From a virus: a DNA stretch of 37,839 nucleotides. The stretch's first letter is position 1, and every line of letters starts with the position of its first letter. This document shows positions 35,963-37,839 of this stretch, piece by piece. The translations under genes were made by a program, and so were the position numbers. The DNA lies in IMG/VR virus record IMGVR_UViG_3300045988_092680. One strand, written 5' to 3'. Below the pieces are notes generated by a model, which did not search any database, was not told where the DNA came from, and saw only the letters and a program-made list of their open reading frames with translations.

Positions 35963-36184
35963 ATGGAAAAACAAAATAAAAAATTAGAACCATTTACAGT
36001 AGAGTTAATGTTATTATCTGCTAAGATAACACCAAAAGAAGACGGAACATCAACTGTATTATTTGGAGTCGAAACTTTAGATGTTTTAAAAGAAATGTGT
36101 AAAACTGATAAAGAAGCTTGGAATACTGTTAAAAAAGTTACGTATGACGCCTTAGAGAAAATCGAAAAACAATCAAATGAATAA
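35963..36184 (+). CDS. Hypothetical protein, paralog of the C-terminal half of 35618..35959
   Basis: ...LKEMCKTDKEAWNTVKKVTYDALEKIEKQ aligns with ...LERICKEDKSTFIAIKQTIYKSLENIENK. Confidence 0.5.
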   Translation: MEKQNKKLEPFTVELMLLSAKITPKEDGTSTVLFGVETLDVLKEMCKTDKEAWNTVKKVTYDALEKIEKQSNE

Positions 36185-36195
36185 GGAGGTCAAAA

Positions 36196-36666
36196 ATGGA
36201 AAACTATTATAAGTTAGTAGCCGACTTACAATGTGCTTACCAACGATTAAGATCATTACAAGAAAGACAGGAAGCTATATTTGATAGATACTTCCCTGTA
36301 ACTGTCAAGTACAAACCAATCTCCTCCACTGGCGGAGAGTCAAAAGATAAAATGTTGGGTTATTTAGAAGAATTAGAAGAATCTGGAATCGCAAAAGATT
36401 TGGAGGAAGCTATAAAAAATGTTAATTCTATTCAGCACAGAGTAGCTAATATGGAAATAATCTTACGTGGTGTAGAAAATATAACAGGTAATGATAGTTT
36501 AGAGTTTAAAGTTATGAATCTTAAGTATTATGAAAATCGTAGCTATACCCTACAACAAATAGCTGATAGATTGCATTATTCAATAGATCGAGTTAAGCAA
36601 GTAAGTGCTGAAATAGAAAGAAAATTAAAAGATAATTATTACACTAAAAATACACTTCAAAAGTGA
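36196..36666 (+). CDS. ArpU/RinA-like late transcriptional regulator (sigma region-4-like HTH)
   Basis: YTLQQIADRLHYSIDRVKQVSAEIERKL; last gene before the packaging module. Confidence 0.6.
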   Translation: MENYYKLVADLQCAYQRLRSLQERQEAIFDRYFPVTVKYKPISSTGGESKDKMLGYLEELEESGIAKDLEEAIKNVNSIQHRVANMEIILRGVENITGNDSLEFKVMNLKYYENRSYTLQQIADRLHYSIDRVKQVSAEIERKLKDNYYTKNTLQK

Positions 36667-36739
36667 TAAAATGGTAATGTGGAATAATTAAAGACGGCTT
36701 GTAGAGTGCCCCTGATTAAAGAGAACTCTACTTTATATC

Positions 36740-36807
36740 TCGGTAGCGGTGTGATAGTCGCACGCAGGTTCCATATTCCTGAGGAGAGGTGCAATTCCTA
36801 CTACCGA
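36740..36807 (+). ncRNA. tRNA-like module 1 (CAU anticodon-like loop, truncated T arm)
   Basis: Acceptor tcggtag/ctaccga, D arm gtgt-gatagtc-gcac, anticodon arm caggt-tccatat-tcctg, T-loop-like ggTGCAATTcc. Confidence 0.4.
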
Positions 36808-37129
36808 AACCATTGATTTATATAGTGAGCCGATCACTCACGTTAATATAAATAAGTTTTTACTAATTTTGACTTGGCTAGAGCAAGCTTACGAATAAGA
36901 ATTAGGGTGGAAATTACTTTGCTACCTTAAGGTAAAGGTGCGTTGATATTTCAAGCGTAAAAATATCTGTATCTATTGCAAACAATAGAAGCTCAATTTA
37001 TGCTGATGTGGTGGAAAAGAGACACGCCAGAAATGGTGGGTATTCCGAAAGGAACCCGTGGGAGGTTATAACTCTCTATCAGCTCCAATATGCTATTATT
37101 CAATGTTGTATAGATAGACCTAAGATGTC

Positions 37130-37148
37130 TAAGGGTGCGAATCCCTTA
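37130..37148 (+). other. T-loop-like hairpin taaggg-TGCGAAT-ccctta
   Basis: Perfect 6-bp stem; loop resembles the tRNA T loop; enclosed by ccta(a)ga / tctagg. Confidence 0.45.
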
Positions 37149-37431
37149 TCACTTCCTTTCTAGGCTCTGGCTTATCGGCTTTATAATTGATAAGATACGT
37201 TGTGTTAGTCGCCTTACATAAACCTTTGGAGGACAAGAATCATTTCCGTAAGAATCTTTATCTTGAATTTTCCATTCAATCCGTAGAAATGTAAAACCGT
37301 AGCAACGTATTCTCTTGAACGAACAAGGATTCAAGTTGGTTATGACAAACATACGCTAAACTATTAGTCGTAATTCTATGTAAGTATTCGTAGTGGAATA
37401 CCAAGGTTATTGCATAGAGAAATAGTAAATA

Positions 37432-37518
37432 TAGGTAGTAATCTAAGGAGTAAGATTCCGCTGGGGAGTAGGAAACGAAAGCCAGGGGCTATATACGGTG
37501 CAATTCCGTATCTACCTA
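37432..37518 (+). ncRNA. tRNA-like module 2 (acceptor, D and T arms present; oversized central arm)
   Basis: taggtag/ctaccta, atct-aaggagta-agat, atacgg-TGCAATT-ccgtat; the 35-nt central arm is not a canonical anticodon arm. Confidence 0.35.
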
Positions 37519-37522
37519 CCAC

Positions 37523-37560
37523 GCTAGTATCACACTAGCCAACCCCTTTTTATTCTTTTT
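37523..37560 (+). terminator. Hairpin plus T-rich tract (possible 3' end of the ncRNA)
   Basis: gctagt-atcac-actagc followed by caacccctttttattcttttt. Confidence 0.4.
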
Positions 37561-37695
37561 AGATAAAGCACTACTCTAATAGGTAGTGTACTGATGATAT
37601 GTGAAAGGTTGCGGACGTTATCATAAAGACCTAGTATATCGTTAGTACAGTATCTGTTAAAGGGTACTACTCCTCTATCAAGTAGAGAACTGTAA

Positions 37696-37729
37696 GACAT
37701 TACATTCCAGAGCGTGATGTCTTTTTTTT
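37696..37729 (+). terminator. Rho-independent terminator spanning the circular junction
   Basis: gacattac-(10 nt)-gtgatgtc (one G-U pair) followed by eight T. Confidence 0.6.
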
Positions 37730-37839
37730 GCATTAAGGAGGCGTTGCGTATGAAAGCAGATGTTATATGAATGTAGATAGATATATTAAGCAGTTGTTTA
37801 TTAGTCTGTCAGAGTATAGCCAATACTATGACATTACAA
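37721..37839. repeat. Second copy of the terminal direct repeat (same as 1..119)
   Basis: Exact identity read directly. Confidence 0.95.

Larger units (their letters stand above)
36680..37560 (+). ncRNA. Candidate large structured ncRNA (GOLLD/ROOL-like class or novel); boundaries approximate, could extend to the terminator at 37729
   Basis: ~1 kb with no credible ORF in a tightly packed genome; locally ~50% G+C against ~20-30% in coding lines I counted; many perfect 5-8 bp helices, GNRA loops and T-loop-like hairpins; possible extended -10 TGATAAAAT at 36664-36672. Confidence 0.5.
1..37720 (+). mobile_element. Complete temperate siphovirus-type phage/prophage genome, circularly closed contig
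   Basis: Full packaging, head, tail, lysis, lysogeny and replication gene order; exact 119-nt overlap between window start and end. Confidence 0.85.

Noticed and set aside
36740-36807. Calling a bona fide tRNA-Met (CAU) gene
   Set aside because: The T arm is 2-3 nt short with only 3 base pairs, position 33 is C rather than U, and the anticodon stem has a U-U pair. I report it only as a tRNA-like module. The second module (37432..37518) has a 35-nt central arm and is even less canonical.
37149-37733. Two 67-aa minus-strand ORFs (37149..37352 and 37530..37733) in the ORF-free region
   Set aside because: They have no SD sequences, run opposite to all neighbouring transcription, show odd composition, and overlap predicted RNA helices and terminators. 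They are most likely chance ORFs in GC-richer DNA.

Overview
The window is a complete, circularly closed temperate siphovirus-type phage or prophage genome. Bases 1-119 recur exactly at 37721-37839, so the unit length is 37,720 bp. It is very AT-rich with strong AGGAGG ribosome-binding sites, which points to a Firmicutes/Clostridia-like host. On the + strand the order is: terS, terL, portal, MuF-like head protein, scaffold, major capsid, neck proteins, major tail protein, two chaperones, tape measure, distal tail proteins, fibre-like protein and two holin-like proteins. Next comes a diversity-generating retroelement (DGR) cassette, then the endolysin. A lysogeny block follows on the - strand: large serine integrase, frameshifted ImmA-like peptidase, membrane protein and CI-like repressor. 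The + strand then resumes with a Cro-like switch, replication and recombination genes (replisome organiser, YqaJ exonuclease, DUF1351-like, RecT, SSB), many small early genes and an ArpU/RinA-like late regulator.

Two things stand out.

(1) The DGR is atypical. The VR in the last ~40 codons of the tail-fibre gene (20191..20298) is followed by a tandem array of four more VR/TR-like cassettes (20433..21030) before the reverse transcriptase. The expressed VR is a mosaic. Its 5' part differs from cassette C3 almost only at C3 adenines. Its 3' part is nearly identical to the orphan cassette C1. No single cassette is a clean template, and no Avd-like gene is visible.

(2) A ~1 kb ORF-free, visibly more G+C-rich and helix-dense region (about 36680..37729) lies between the late regulator and terS. 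It contains two tRNA-like modules and three hairpins with a shared TGCRAWT T-loop-like loop. This is a strong candidate for a large structured phage ncRNA of the GOLLD/ROOL type, or a new class.

Secondary observations:
- an ImmA-like gene broken at an A7 tract
- a MuF protein with a C-terminal extension followed by a small acidic ORF (possible toxin/immunity pair)
- a repeated 18-20 nt operator in the genetic switch
- a candidate attP
- an iteron-like tract inside the replisome-organiser gene

All functional calls come from reading the translations and motifs. No database search was run.
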